A stretch of 64,000 nt of DNA from Planctomycetota bacterium (GCA_039025855.1 JBCCNL010000001.1:106988-170987), one strand, 5' to 3'; shown: positions 9,915 through 19,539, counted from the first letter of the stretch. Notes: generated by a model not told the origin, from the sequence alone. Program-made: numbers and translations.

Positions 9915-12900
9915 ATGTCGTCGCCCCCCAAACGCCACGCCCTCACGCCACCCGTAAACGCGCCGCTCATCGAATCCCTGGAGCCCAGGGTCCTCCTCTC
10001 GGCGACCCCGTCGGGAGCCACCCCCGCCTTCACCGACAACCTCCCCTGGGCCGAGACCTTCGAGTCGCTGCCCAACGGCACCGACGTCGACACCGGCGAC
10101 ACCGCCTGGTCCATCGATCGTTCCAACGCCCGACCGACCGCGCTCATCGCCGTCAGCAACGGCGCCTTCCGCGCCCAAGGCACCGGCGGCGAAGCCGTCT
10201 GGTGTTCGGATACCCTCGACATCTCGCAGCGCACCGGCGTCGACCTCTCACTCGATCTCGACGGCGCCGGCACCCTCGAAAACGCCGGTGATTTCCTCGA
10301 CTACCTCCGCGTCTACGCCGTCATCGACGGCGGCCCCGAACAGCTACTCGCCGAACGCGTCGGTAACATCAACAACGGCCAACCCGAAACCCTCACCGTT
10401 AACGGCCTCGCAGGCTCCACCCTCCAGATCGTCATCCGCACCCTTACCACAGGCGCCACCGAAGCGTACCTCTGGGACAACCTCACCCTCACACCCAACC
10501 CAGACGACCCGCCACCGCCGCCGCCACCCCCGACCGGCGACGAACTGCCGTGGACCGAGACCTTTGGCGGGCTGCCCAACGGCACCACCACAGACACCGG
10601 TACCACGGCATGGACCACCGACGGGTCGAACCTCGGCGGATCAGCACAAGTCGGCGTCAGCAACGGCACCTTCCGTGCCCAAGGCACCGGCGGCGAAGCC
10701 GTCTGGCTTTCTGAAACCCTCGACATCTCGCAGCGCACCGGCGTCGATCTCTCCCTCGACCTCGACGGTGCCGGCACCCTCGAAAACGCAGGCGATTTCC
10801 TCGACTACCTCCGCGTCTACGCCATTATCGACGGCGGCCCCGAACAGCTCCTCGCCGAACGCCTCGGCAACGTCAACAACGGCCAACCCGAAACCCTCAC
10901 CGTCAACGACCTCGCGGGCTCCACCCTCCAGATCGTCATCCGCACCCTCACCACAGGCTCCACTGAAGCCTACCTCTGGGACAACCTCACCCTCACACCC
11001 AACCCGGACGACCCGCCGCCGCCACCACCCAACAACGACCCGATCGCCAACAACGACTCGGCCACCGTCAACGAAAACGGCTCCATCCTCATCCCCGTCC
11101 TCAGCAACGACACCGACCCCGACAACGACACCCTCGCCATCACCGGCGTCACCGTCGACCCCACCCAGGGCCAGGCCACCGTCGAGGGCAATGCGATCCG
11201 CTACACCCCAGACACCGACACCAACGGCAGCGACACCTTCACCTACGCCATCAGCGACGGTAATGGCGGCAACGCCTCCGCCACGGTCGCCCTCACCATC
11301 ACACCTGCACCGCCACCGCCGCCGCCACCGCCACCCAGCGGCCTGCCGTGGAGCGAAACCTTCGCCGGGCTCCCCAACGGCACCACTACCGACACCGGCG
11401 ACACCGCCTGGTCCGTCGACGATTCGCAGGCCGGCGGCGGCGCCACCATCGGCGTCGATGGCGGCTGGTTCGCCGTCCGCAACACCGATGGCTTGGTGAC
11501 CTGGAGCAGCGAGGTCATCGACTTCGGCGGCGCCGCCACCGTCGACCTCACCTTGGACATCCAAGGCCTCGGCGGCCTCGATAGCTCCGGCCGATTCGCC
11601 GACGCGCTCCGCGTCTACACCCGCGTCGACGGCGGCCCCGAAACGCTCATCGCCGAACGCCTCGGCCGATTCAACAGCAGCAACCCGCAGACCCTCACCG
11701 TCGACGGCATCACCGGCTCCAGCCTGCAGGTCATCGTCCGCGCTTCCAACACCGCCAACAACGAGACCTACCGCTGGGACAACCTCACCGTCACCACCGT
11801 CGTCCCGCCGCCCCCGCCCGACCCACAGCCGGGCACCCTCGCCCTGGCCAGCAGCCAGTTCGCGGTCAATGAAGACGCCGGCGTCGTCACCATCGGCGTG
11901 ACCCGCACCGGCGGCAGCGACGGCGTGGTCTCCATCGACTACCTCACCGCCGAGGGCTCCGCCACCGCCGGCGACGACTTCACCCCTGTCAGCGGCACCC
12001 TCGTCTTCGCCGACGGCCAGACCTTCGCCAGCTTCGACGTGCCCATCCTGCAGGACACCGACTTCGAGACCGAAGAGACCTTCGCCGTCTCGCTCAACCG
12101 CGTCGGCGGCGAGGCCAACCTCGCCCAGCCCCGCACCGCCACCGTCACCCTCGCCGACGACGACACCGACACACCCACCCCCGGCACCGGCGACGGGCTC
12201 GCCGCCGTCTACTTCGATCAGCTCGGGTTCGCCGGCCCGTCCGTCACCCGTATCGATCCCGACGTCAACTTCGACTGGGCCTCCGGCTCACCCGACCCCG
12301 CGATCGGCAACAACACCTTCTCCGCCCGCTGGACCGGCCAGATCGAAGCCCTCTACTCCGAACGCTACACCTTCACCACCACGGCCGACGACGGCATCCG
12401 CCTCTGGGTCGACGACCAGCTCATCATCGACCGCTGGAACGACCAGACGGCCACCAGCTTCACCGGCACCATCGACCTCACCGCAGGCCAACGCGTCAAC
12501 CTCCGCCTCGAGTACTACGAGAACGGCGGCGCCGCCGTCGCCCAACTCGCCTGGCAGAGCGCCTCCCAAGCCTTCGAAATCGTCCCCACAAGCCAGCTCT
12601 ACAGCACCGGCTACACCGGCGATGTCGATCCGCCCACCAGCCTCAACCTCTCCGCCGAAACCATCATCACCGGGCTCAACCAGCCCACCGCCCTCTCCTT
12701 CCTCCCCAACGGCACCGCCCTCGTCGCCCAGAAGAACGGCGTCGTCCGGGCCTACCAGAACGGCCAACTCCTCAGCACCCCCTTCATCGACCTCAGCGAA
12801 GAGGTCAACGGCGTCCGTGACCGCGGCCTGCTCGGGCTCGCCGTCCACCCCGACTTCGACAACAACCCCTACGTCTACCTCCTCTACACCTACGACCCGC

Positions 12901-13886
12901 CCGAAACCCAAGGCCAGGCCGGCTTCGCCGGGCCCGACGGCCGCGGCTCCCGTGTCTCCCGGCTCCTCCGCGTCACCGCCGACCCCGCCACCGACTTCGC
13001 CACCGCCATCGCCAACTCCGGCGTCGTCATCCTCGGCACCAACAGCACCTACGAGAACATCGGCGCGCCCGACCGCGGCCAGTCCATCAACAACCCCTAC
13101 GGTGGCCTCGACGAAAACGGCAACTACATCCAGGACGTCCTGCCCATCGACTCGGAGTCCCACACCATCGGCGGACTCGCCTTCCTCCCCGACGGCTCGC
13201 TCATCGTCTCCAGCGGCGACGGCACCTCCTACGGCGCGGTCGACCCTCAGTCCTCACGCGTCCAGGACCTCGACTCGCTCAACGGCAAGATCCTCCGCAT
13301 CGACCCCATCACCGGCGACGGGCTGGCCGACAACCCCTTCTACACCGGCGACCCCGACGCCAACGCCTCCAAGGTCTGGGCCCTGGGCTTCCGCAACCCC
13401 TTCCGCATCGCCGTCAACCCCACCAACGGCAAGCTCTACGTCGGCGACGTCGGCTGGACCCGATGGGAAGAGGTCAACGAGGTCGTCCGCGGCGGCAACT
13501 ACGGCTGGCCCTGGTTCGAGGGCGGCAACGGTGCCCCGATCCAGACCAACGGCTACCGCGACCTCCAGGACGCCCAGGACTTCTACGCCGCCGGCACCCC
13601 CGTCGAGCCCTCGCTCTTCGCCCGCTCTCATTCCGACGGCGGCGTGGCCGTCGTCGTCGGCGATGTCTACACCGGCACCGTCTACGACAGCAGCTACGAC
13701 AACGCCCTGTTCTTCACCGACTACGGCACAGGTGCGATCGAAGCCCTGGTCTTCGACGATGCCGGCGGACTCGTCGGCGTCAACACCGTCACCGACCGCA
13801 TCGGCGTCGTCGTCGAAATGACCATGGGCCCCGACGGCACCATGTGGTACGTCGACATCACCGGCAGCGTCGGTCGGCTCGTGTAA
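9915..13886 (+). CDS. Giant secreted/surface multidomain protein. Domains: N-terminal 'ESLEPRVLLSA' motif, 3 x ~165-aa modules, cadherin-like, Calx-beta, PA14, and a PQQ-type soluble sugar dehydrogenase-like beta-propeller.
   Basis: The ORF track starts at 9855. The ATG at 9915 is preceded by the SD-like GGAGAGAAGG. The Calx-beta segment reads 'FAVNEDAGVVTIGVTRTGGSDG...DDF'. The PA14 segment reads 'AAVYFDQLGFAGP...FSARWTGQI...YTF...DDGIRLWVDD'. The GSDH-like propeller reads 'LNQPTALSFLPNGTALVAQKNGVVR...'. Confidence 0.85.
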   Translation: MSSPPKRHALTPPVNAPLIESLEPRVLLSATPSGATPAFTDNLPWAETFESLPNGTDVDTGDTAWSIDRSNARPTALIAVSNGAFRAQGTGGEAVWCSDTLDISQRTGVDLSLDLDGAGTLENAGDFLDYLRVYAVIDGGPEQLLAERVGNINNGQPETLTVNGLAGSTLQIVIRTLTTGATEAYLWDNLTLTPNPDDPPPPPPPPTGDELPWTETFGGLPNGTTTDTGTTAWTTDGSNLGGSAQVGVSNGTFRAQGTGGEAVWLSETLDISQRTGVDLSLDLDGAGTLENAGDFLDYLRVYAIIDGGPEQLLAERLGNVNNGQPETLTVNDLAGSTLQIVIRTLTTGSTEAYLWDNLTLTPNPDDPPPPPPNNDPIANNDSATVNENGSILIPVLSNDTDPDNDTLAITGVTVDPTQGQATVEGNAIRYTPDTDTNGSDTFTYAISDGNGGNASATVALTITPAPPPPPPPPPSGLPWSETFAGLPNGTTTDTGDTAWSVDDSQAGGGATIGVDGGWFAVRNTDGLVTWSSEVIDFGGAATVDLTLDIQGLGGLDSSGRFADALRVYTRVDGGPETLIAERLGRFNSSNPQTLTVDGITGSSLQVIVRASNTANNETYRWDNLTVTTVVPPPPPDPQPGTLALASSQFAVNEDAGVVTIGVTRTGGSDGVVSIDYLTAEGSATAGDDFTPVSGTLVFADGQTFASFDVPILQDTDFETEETFAVSLNRVGGEANLAQPRTATVTLADDDTDTPTPGTGDGLAAVYFDQLGFAGPSVTRIDPDVNFDWASGSPDPAIGNNTFSARWTGQIEALYSERYTFTTTADDGIRLWVDDQLIIDRWNDQTATSFTGTIDLTAGQRVNLRLEYYENGGAAVAQLAWQSASQAFEIVPTSQLYSTGYTGDVDPPTSLNLSAETIITGLNQPTALSFLPNGTALVAQKNGVVRAYQNGQLLSTPFIDLSEEVNGVRDRGLLGLAVHPDFDNNPYVYLLYTYDPPETQGQAGFAGPDGRGSRVSRLLRVTADPATDFATAIANSGVVILGTNSTYENIGAPDRGQSINNPYGGLDENGNYIQDVLPIDSESHTIGGLAFLPDGSLIVSSGDGTSYGAVDPQSSRVQDLDSLNGKILRIDPITGDGLADNPFYTGDPDANASKVWALGFRNPFRIAVNPTNGKLYVGDVGWTRWEEVNEVVRGGNYGWPWFEGGNGAPIQTNGYRDLQDAQDFYAAGTPVEPSLFARSHSDGGVAVVVGDVYTGTVYDSSYDNALFFTDYGTGAIEALVFDDAGGLVGVNTVTDRIGVVVEMTMGPDGTMWYVDITGSVGRLV
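10040..11840 (+). repeat. Intragenic tandem repeat. Two ~500-bp copies (about 10040..10540 and 10540..11040) with long near-identical stretches, plus a diverged third copy (about 11335..11830).
   Basis: Seen directly: 10215..10535 against 10719..11035 are about 90 % or more identical at the DNA level. The minus-strand ORF-track peptides 9893..10273 and 10313..10777 are near-duplicates, reflecting the same repeat. Confidence 0.85.
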
Positions 13887-14197
13887 GACCCGGTGGGTCC
13901 AAAGCCCACTGCGGAGCGCGTTGGCGGACAACCGCTGGCCCAACCCGCCGCCGAAGTCACACGCGCTAGCGTCCCTGCTCTTATGTTTGGCCACTATCGC
14001 CATAGCATCACATCACATCAACCCGCTGAACACCCGCCAGACCCAACGGCTCTGATCCAGCACCGCGTCGGCCCTACAGGGACCCCATAAAAACACACCA
14101 CCGCTTCTGCACTTGCGCATTAATCCTGCTTGCCTCACTCGGTGCGGCAGCCGACGACCGATGAAGCAATGGTCGACACCACGCCGGTTAAGTCGGG

Positions 14198-15544
14198 TCA
14201 GTTGTGAAGGGGGTAGCGGTGACCGATCGCGTGCAGGTAGGCACAGGCCGCGTCGCGTGTGGTCTGCTGGTTCTCGAGGATGCTCCAGCCGTCTCGGCCC
14301 GGGATCATGTTGCCCTTGGACTTCTGCCGCGCATGGAAGAAGTCGAGCAGCTTGAGCCGCCAACGCATGCTCAGCGGGATGTCGTCGAAGCGTCCGGACA
14401 AGACGGCGATGAGTGCCCGGTGGACGCCGAGCGGCCCTTTGCCCTGAAGCAGCAGTTCGCGGAACGGGTGGCTGTAGAAGAGATTGATGTAGTGCAACAT
14501 CAATCCTCGGCGTGCGGCGCCGCGCTCGAGGAAGTGCTGCTTTGCCCGTTGCGGGTTGTCGTTGCTCAGGACCTGGTCGGCGGCGTGGGCGGCGTCCAGC
14601 GCGCTGGCGATCGCGAGGCGCACGCCGGAGGAAAACACGGGGTCCAGGAAGGCCTCGGCATCGCCGACCATCAGGTAGCCGTCGCCGGCACCGGGTGAAC
14701 AGGTGTAGGAGAAGTCGGCCACCGACCACGTGGTCTCGGGGAAGGTCGCGTTGGCGGTGCGCTTGGCGAGCAGCGGGGTGCGTGCGATGGACCAGGCGAG
14801 TTCTTCGCCGGGCTTGACCCCCTGCTTGCGCATCGCGGTGCTGGCGGACTTATCGACGACCAGGCCGATGGAGGTGCGCTGGTCGTCGATGGGGATCACC
14901 CAGTACCAGGCCTCGTTGGCCATGACGACCGAGATGAAGCCCTCGGCGTCGCCGGCGAGGCGCTCGACGCCGGTGAAGTGCCCGACGAACGCGACCTTGC
15001 GGTGGTTCTCGAGAACCTTCTTCGTGCCGAGGTGTTTGCCGAGCACGGTGGCCTGTCCGGAACAGTCGATCACCATCCGGGCGTGCATCGGGCCAGCGGA
15101 CGTCTGCAGAGCGCAGTCGCCCTGGCTGAGCCTCTCGATGGACTGAACGCCGACACCTTGATGCAGCGTCACGCCCGGTTGCTCGGCCGCGAAGTCGAGC
15201 ACGGCCTTGTCGAAGACGCAGCGCTCGATGTTGAACGTCTCGGTCTGCCCCCACCGCTTGCCCGATTCGAAGTAGAGCATCGCGCCCTGGTCTTCTTGAC
15301 CGGCCGAGACGATCTCGGCGCCGCGCTTCGTGATCCTGGGCAGCTTCTGCAGCGTCTCGGTCAGGCCCAGGCTGTCGAGCATCGGGTTAACGCTCGGCAG
15401 CAAAGACTCGCCGACGTGGAAACGAGGGAAGTGCTCCCGCTCGATGATGTCGACGGTGTAGCCGCGGCGCGACAACGCGATCGCGGTGCACGCCCCCGCG
15501 GGCCCACCTCCAATGATCAATGCGTCGGCTGGCTTCTGTTTCAC
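14198..15544 (-). CDS. Flavin-dependent halogenase.
   Basis: GxGxxG FAD fold (IIGGGPAGACTA), 'WYWVIP' (WxWxIP) and 'FLDPVFSSG' (FxxPxSxG) signatures are all present. GTG start at 15544 in a GTGA overlap with the upstream stop. Confidence 0.8.
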   Translation of the reverse strand: MKQKPADALIIGGGPAGACTAIALSRRGYTVDIIEREHFPRFHVGESLLPSVNPMLDSLGLTETLQKLPRITKRGAEIVSAGQEDQGAMLYFESGKRWGQTETFNIERCVFDKAVLDFAAEQPGVTLHQGVGVQSIERLSQGDCALQTSAGPMHARMVIDCSGQATVLGKHLGTKKVLENHRKVAFVGHFTGVERLAGDAEGFISVVMANEAWYWVIPIDDQRTSIGLVVDKSASTAMRKQGVKPGEELAWSIARTPLLAKRTANATFPETTWSVADFSYTCSPGAGDGYLMVGDAEAFLDPVFSSGVRLAIASALDAAHAADQVLSNDNPQRAKQHFLERGAARRGLMLHYINLFYSHPFRELLLQGKGPLGVHRALIAVLSGRFDDIPLSMRWRLKLLDFFHARQKSKGNMIPGRDGWSILENQQTTRDAACAYLHAIGHRYPLHN

Positions 15545-16455
15545 GAGGCGGCCTCGATCTCAAGACAGAGGTTGTTGCGGCAGATGTCCGATCGCATCAG
15601 TTCGATCGACACCCGCGAAGGGTAGGCCGATTCAATCCCCCGGGCTAACGCGGGCAGGTCTTCGGCATCGGTCGCGTAGATCCGGAAGTGACGCAGCCGA
15701 TCGTCCGGCTCACCGATGCCGGCCATCACCGCCCGCAGGTTGGCGAGGGTTTCGTCGAACTGGGCCTGCAGCTGGTTGGGGTGTTGGCTCTCTTCACCGA
15801 CGATGCTCGCGGTGCCGGAGACAAAGAGGTGCTGCCCGAAGCGCATGGCCCGGACGAAGACGGGCGGGCTCGGCCCGAAGCGCGGCGAGTAGCGGTAGGC
15901 CGGGGTTTGACGCGGGTTCTCCAGGGCCTCGCCGGGCTGCTCGCTGGCCAGGAGGTGGACCTGCAGGTGCTCGCCGAGGTGCCCAACGGCGGTCGCGGCC
16001 GGCGTGCGATGGGGCAGTTGGTCCTCGCCGAAGCGTTGGACGAACGCGGCGGTGCGCCCGGCGTTGAAGGCCATGTAGCGATCGAACGGCTCGTGTTCGG
16101 GGGCTTGAGATTCCCAGTCCGCGAGCTGGTCGGCGGGGGCGGTGATGGGCTGGACGATGCCGGGCAGCCCGTTCCAGAGGCGGAGCAGGTGGGGGTGCCC
16201 GGTCTGGTCGAGCAGGTCGAAGAGCCGGGTGTAGAGGTCCTCGACGGTGTCTTCGAGCTGACGGGCGTCCATGGTGCTGGCGTGGGGGAGCGCGGCGTGG
16301 ACCCGGAGCATGCCGTTCTGTGCGGCGTGGTTCAGGGTGGCATCGCCCGACGGCGCAGCGGGCGGCGGGCAGAGCGCGTCGAGCCAGGACGGGGCGAGCA
16401 GCTCGTCGTCGGGCAGCTGTCGGATGCGGGGCGTGTCAGTCGTCGGTGGGTGCAT
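15541..16455 (-). CDS. Chorismatase-like protein (FkbO/Hyg5/XanB2 family) with a C-terminal YjgF/RidA-like domain.
   Basis: C-terminal 'LFVSGTASIVGEESQHPNQLQAQFDETLANLRAV' matches the RidA-fold core. The ~150-aa N-terminal extension matches the chorismatase family arrangement. Context is an aryl-polyene cluster. Confidence 0.55.
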   Translation of the reverse strand: MHPPTTDTPRIRQLPDDELLAPSWLDALCPPPAAPSGDATLNHAAQNGMLRVHAALPHASTMDARQLEDTVEDLYTRLFDLLDQTGHPHLLRLWNGLPGIVQPITAPADQLADWESQAPEHEPFDRYMAFNAGRTAAFVQRFGEDQLPHRTPAATAVGHLGEHLQVHLLASEQPGEALENPRQTPAYRYSPRFGPSPPVFVRAMRFGQHLFVSGTASIVGEESQHPNQLQAQFDETLANLRAVMAGIGEPDDRLRHFRIYATDAEDLPALARGIESAYPSRVSIELMRSDICRNNLCLEIEAAS

Positions 16456-18640
16456 CGGGTCTGGATACGATAATGCTGCTGCGGAGTCCGGAGGGGCAGG
16501 CGGACGCGAGATTTGTAGACGGCGGACCTAGCTGGGCCAGGGTGTGGAGCAGCGCGAGGCCGGTGCCGAGGGCGAACCAGGGCCCGTGGGGGAAGGGCTG
16601 GTGCCCGGCGGTGCGGAGCGGTTGCTCTTGCCGCAGATCGGTCGGGCAGAACGCGGGGCTCGGGCGGCCCTGCGTGAAGAGCTCGGCCAAGGCTTCGGTC
16701 GGGTCGTGGTATGAAACGAGGCTCGGGTCGCTCAGGACGGCCACAGGCTTGCTGCTCGCGTCCAAACGCTGGAGCACCAGCGCGATCGCGCCTTCGTGTG
16801 GGGCCGCATCGGGTGCGATGTGGCCAAAGTCCGCGACGATCTGCCGCACCAACGGGTGATCCTCCTCGGCGATACAGACGATCGCGGTGGTCCACCGCCC
16901 CGAAGCGATCCGGGCGGTCGCTAAGGCGAGGGCGTCGAGGCCGCTGGTGTGCGTGCCGATGATGCTCTGGCTTGGGCCGTGCAGCTTGTAGACCATCGAG
17001 AGGTGCGCCGCCGGTGCGTTGGGCACACCCTCGGCGAAGAGCAGCGGGTTGGCGGCCTGATAGCCCTCTTCGATCAGCGGCTTGTAGTAGTCGAGCGCGT
17101 AGCTCGCGGACCCGTTGGCGGAGGCGACCAGGCAGGCGGGCCGGGCTTCGGCGGGCGCATCGAGCCCGGGCAGGTCGGCCGGGTCGATCCCCGCGCGGTG
17201 CAGGGCGAGGTCGGTGGCCTTGAGGGCCAGACGGGTCAGCGGGCTGAGCCTCCGGGTCTTGGCCCGGGGCATGCCGGTGTTGAGGTCTGCCGGTGCGATG
17301 GTGCCGGTCGCCCACAGCAAGTCTTGATCCGGTACGCCTTCGCAGACGATGCCCGGCAGCACCACGCCAACGCCCGTGATCGCGACGCCTTGTTGGTCTT
17401 GGCTGCCTTGGTGATCCGAATGGTGAACGGACTGGGGATCCGAGCCGGGCGCGGACTGGATCATGCCGACGTTGGCCCCGCCGAAGCCAAGCGAGCTGGA
17501 GAGGAAGTGCGGGATCGGCGTGGCCAGCTCGGGCGGCGTCCCGGTGGCGAGTTGGACGGGCTCGCCGACCTGCTCGGGCGTGACGCTGGCGGTGGTGGGG
17601 AGTCGCCCGGCATCGAGGCAGGCACGGGCGATACCCGCTTCGAGTGCGCCGCAAGCGCCGAGGGTGTGACCGATCCGGCTCTTGAGGGCCGCGACCCGCG
17701 GGCCTTGGTCGCCGAAGACCTGGTGCAGGGCTTTGGCTTCCGCGGCGTCGTTGTCGCGGGTTCCGGTCGCGTGTGCCATCGCCAGGCCGATCGATGCTGT
17801 GTTGAGCTGAGCGTCACGCACAGCGTCGGCCATCGCGGCCGCAGCCCCCCTGCCGTCGGGGTGGGGCTGGGTGAGGTGGTGAGCGTCGGAGGACTCGCCG
17901 ATCCCGCGGATCAAGGCCTGCACGCCTTGGCCACGCTGCTCAGCATGCCCAGCGCGTTCGAGCACGAACACGGCGTAACCCTCGGAGACCTGCATGCCCT
18001 GGCGGTCGGCGGCGAACGGGCGCAGCCGGTCCATCGTGACCACGCGGAGCGAGTGGAACCCCGCGACGGCGTACTCGCTCACCGGGTCGTACCCGCCACA
18101 CAGGACGATGTCTGCGTCGCCGGACTCGAGGAGTGCGCGGGCGTGGCCGACCGACGAGAACGCCGATGCACACGCTGATGAGCAGGTCACGCGTGCTCCG
18201 CCGACGGGCAGGCCCTCGAGTGCGTGCTGCATGACGTGACCGGCCTGGAACCACGCGAAGACCGCGGTCGGCGATCCGCGCAGCCACGCCCCCGCGGCGT
18301 TCATGCCGTGGAGGCTGGTCCCGAGCACGGCACTGATCCGCTCCGGCGGACAGGGTGGGGCGTCGGCGTCGATGCCCGCCGCTTCGATCGCTTCGCGGGC
18401 CGCGATCGCCAGCCCGCGCGCGGCGCGTTCGTGGATCGGCAGGCCGGCGAGGCTGGCGCACTCGCCCCCGCGGATGCCCTCGTCGGCGACCTGCTCCGCC
18501 AGCTCCATGTCGCGGTAGGGGCCGAGCCCGACGCCGTCCCGGCACAGTGCCTCGACCTGCGCAGCGACGCCCGCGCCCAGCGGGCTGATGCAGCCGAACC
18601 CGGTGATCACGGGCGTGTTGCTTGGGTCTGCCTGACTCAT
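16436..18640 (-). CDS. Fused beta-ketoacyl-ACP synthase / chain-length-factor (KS-CLF) polypeptide.
   Basis: The N-half carries the KS active site 'VTCSSACASAF' and His motifs. The C-half is a second thiolase-fold repeat lacking the active Cys (CLF-like). ATG at 18640 overlaps the upstream stop as ATGA. Confidence 0.8.
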   Translation of the reverse strand: MSQADPSNTPVITGFGCISPLGAGVAAQVEALCRDGVGLGPYRDMELAEQVADEGIRGGECASLAGLPIHERAARGLAIAAREAIEAAGIDADAPPCPPERISAVLGTSLHGMNAAGAWLRGSPTAVFAWFQAGHVMQHALEGLPVGGARVTCSSACASAFSSVGHARALLESGDADIVLCGGYDPVSEYAVAGFHSLRVVTMDRLRPFAADRQGMQVSEGYAVFVLERAGHAEQRGQGVQALIRGIGESSDAHHLTQPHPDGRGAAAAMADAVRDAQLNTASIGLAMAHATGTRDNDAAEAKALHQVFGDQGPRVAALKSRIGHTLGACGALEAGIARACLDAGRLPTTASVTPEQVGEPVQLATGTPPELATPIPHFLSSSLGFGGANVGMIQSAPGSDPQSVHHSDHQGSQDQQGVAITGVGVVLPGIVCEGVPDQDLLWATGTIAPADLNTGMPRAKTRRLSPLTRLALKATDLALHRAGIDPADLPGLDAPAEARPACLVASANGSASYALDYYKPLIEEGYQAANPLLFAEGVPNAPAAHLSMVYKLHGPSQSIIGTHTSGLDALALATARIASGRWTTAIVCIAEEDHPLVRQIVADFGHIAPDAAPHEGAIALVLQRLDASSKPVAVLSDPSLVSYHDPTEALAELFTQGRPSPAFCPTDLRQEQPLRTAGHQPFPHGPWFALGTGLALLHTLAQLGPPSTNLASACPSGLRSSIIVSRPDAPTDD

Positions 18641-19539
18641 GAAGGCGCGGGGTCTTTCAGTTCGTGCTGGTTCTCGATAAAGGCCCGTTGGAGCGTGTGC
18701 CATTGGCCGGGTTGACGGGCGATGATCCCGGAGAAGAACGCGGCGAGCCGGTGTCGGATCGAGTCCTTGTCGGGGTGTGGGTCGGCCTCGCTTGGACCGA
18801 TGGGCCGGTCGATATGGAGCAGGACGCGGCCGTCGGGCTGAACGCTACAGGCAATCGGGAGGATGGGGGCACCGGTGATCTGTGCGAGCTTGGCGGGGCC
18901 GTCGGGCATCTGCATGTGGCCGTGCAGGAAGGGGGTGGGCGTACCGGGCTGGCCGGGCATGCAGCGGTCGGCCTGGATCAGGACGGCGGCGCCACGGCAC
19001 AGCGCGTCGCGGAGCTGCATCCATGTCTCCAATCCGCCCTCGACCCGCGCTTCGGTCAGACGCAGCCGCCGGTGCAGCTCGCTACGCATCCGGTCAAACC
19101 CGCTGTCCTCGTCGCTCTGGAACAGGATGTGTGTCTCCGGCACCCGCTCGGCGACGGCCACGGCACCCACCTCGAAGTTGCCCACGTGGCAGGTCGCGAT
19201 GATCAGGCCACGCTCCATCTGGAGCGCCGCCTCGAAGTGGTCTCGGCCCTCGATGTCCGCGACGCGGCCGAGCATCTGAGCGGGGTCCATGACCCGGGCC
19301 TGTGCGAGATCGCCAACGAACCGCAGAAACTCGCAGACCACGGACCGCCCGTAGCGCGCGAGTGCCGCGTCGTCGGCGTCCGGCCCGAGCACCCAGCGCC
19401 CGTTGCTCTTGCAGACACGCCTGAGGTAGCCGGAGCCGAACCAGGCGATCGCCGCTAAGGCGTCGCGGTGCCGGACCAGCCAGCCCGGCCGAAGCGCGAC
19501 GGCACTGAACAGGAGCTTGAGAGTAAGGCGGTGAAGCAT
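18637..19539 (-). CDS. LpxL/HtrB-type lipid A biosynthesis acyltransferase-like protein (lysophospholipid acyltransferase superfamily).
   Basis: Family-level similarity ('IIATCHVGNFE' region). ATG at 19539. Its position matches the lauroyl-acyltransferase-like gene of aryl-polyene clusters. Confidence 0.6.
   Translation of the reverse strand: MLHRLTLKLLFSAVALRPGWLVRHRDALAAIAWFGSGYLRRVCKSNGRWVLGPDADDAALARYGRSVVCEFLRFVGDLAQARVMDPAQMLGRVADIEGRDHFEAALQMERGLIIATCHVGNFEVGAVAVAERVPETHILFQSDEDSGFDRMRSELHRRLRLTEARVEGGLETWMQLRDALCRGAAVLIQADRCMPGQPGTPTPFLHGHMQMPDGPAKLAQITGAPILPIACSVQPDGRVLLHIDRPIGPSEADPHPDKDSIRHRLAAFFSGIIARQPGQWHTLQRAFIENQHELKDPAPS

Noticed and set aside
10288-13821. ORFs 10288..11499 (+), 10641..11564 (-), 12288..13163 (-) and 12622..13821 (+) inside the giant gene.
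   Set aside because: These are alternate frames of a 1323-aa CDS with recognisable Calx-beta, PA14 and propeller domains. Their S/T/P-rich translations lack features.
13887-14197. Convergent intergenic region, including a (CATCA)3 microsatellite at 14006..14020, checked for a tRNA, ncRNA or terminator.
   Set aside because: No cloverleaf-compatible T-loop or anticodon stem is visible. No strong hairpin was found. The microsatellite is too short to interpret.
16332-18178. ORFs 16332..17654 (-, 440 aa) and 16949..18178 (+, 409 aa).
   Set aside because: They overlap the KS-CLF gene, whose frame carries the catalytic motifs. Their composition is Arg-rich.
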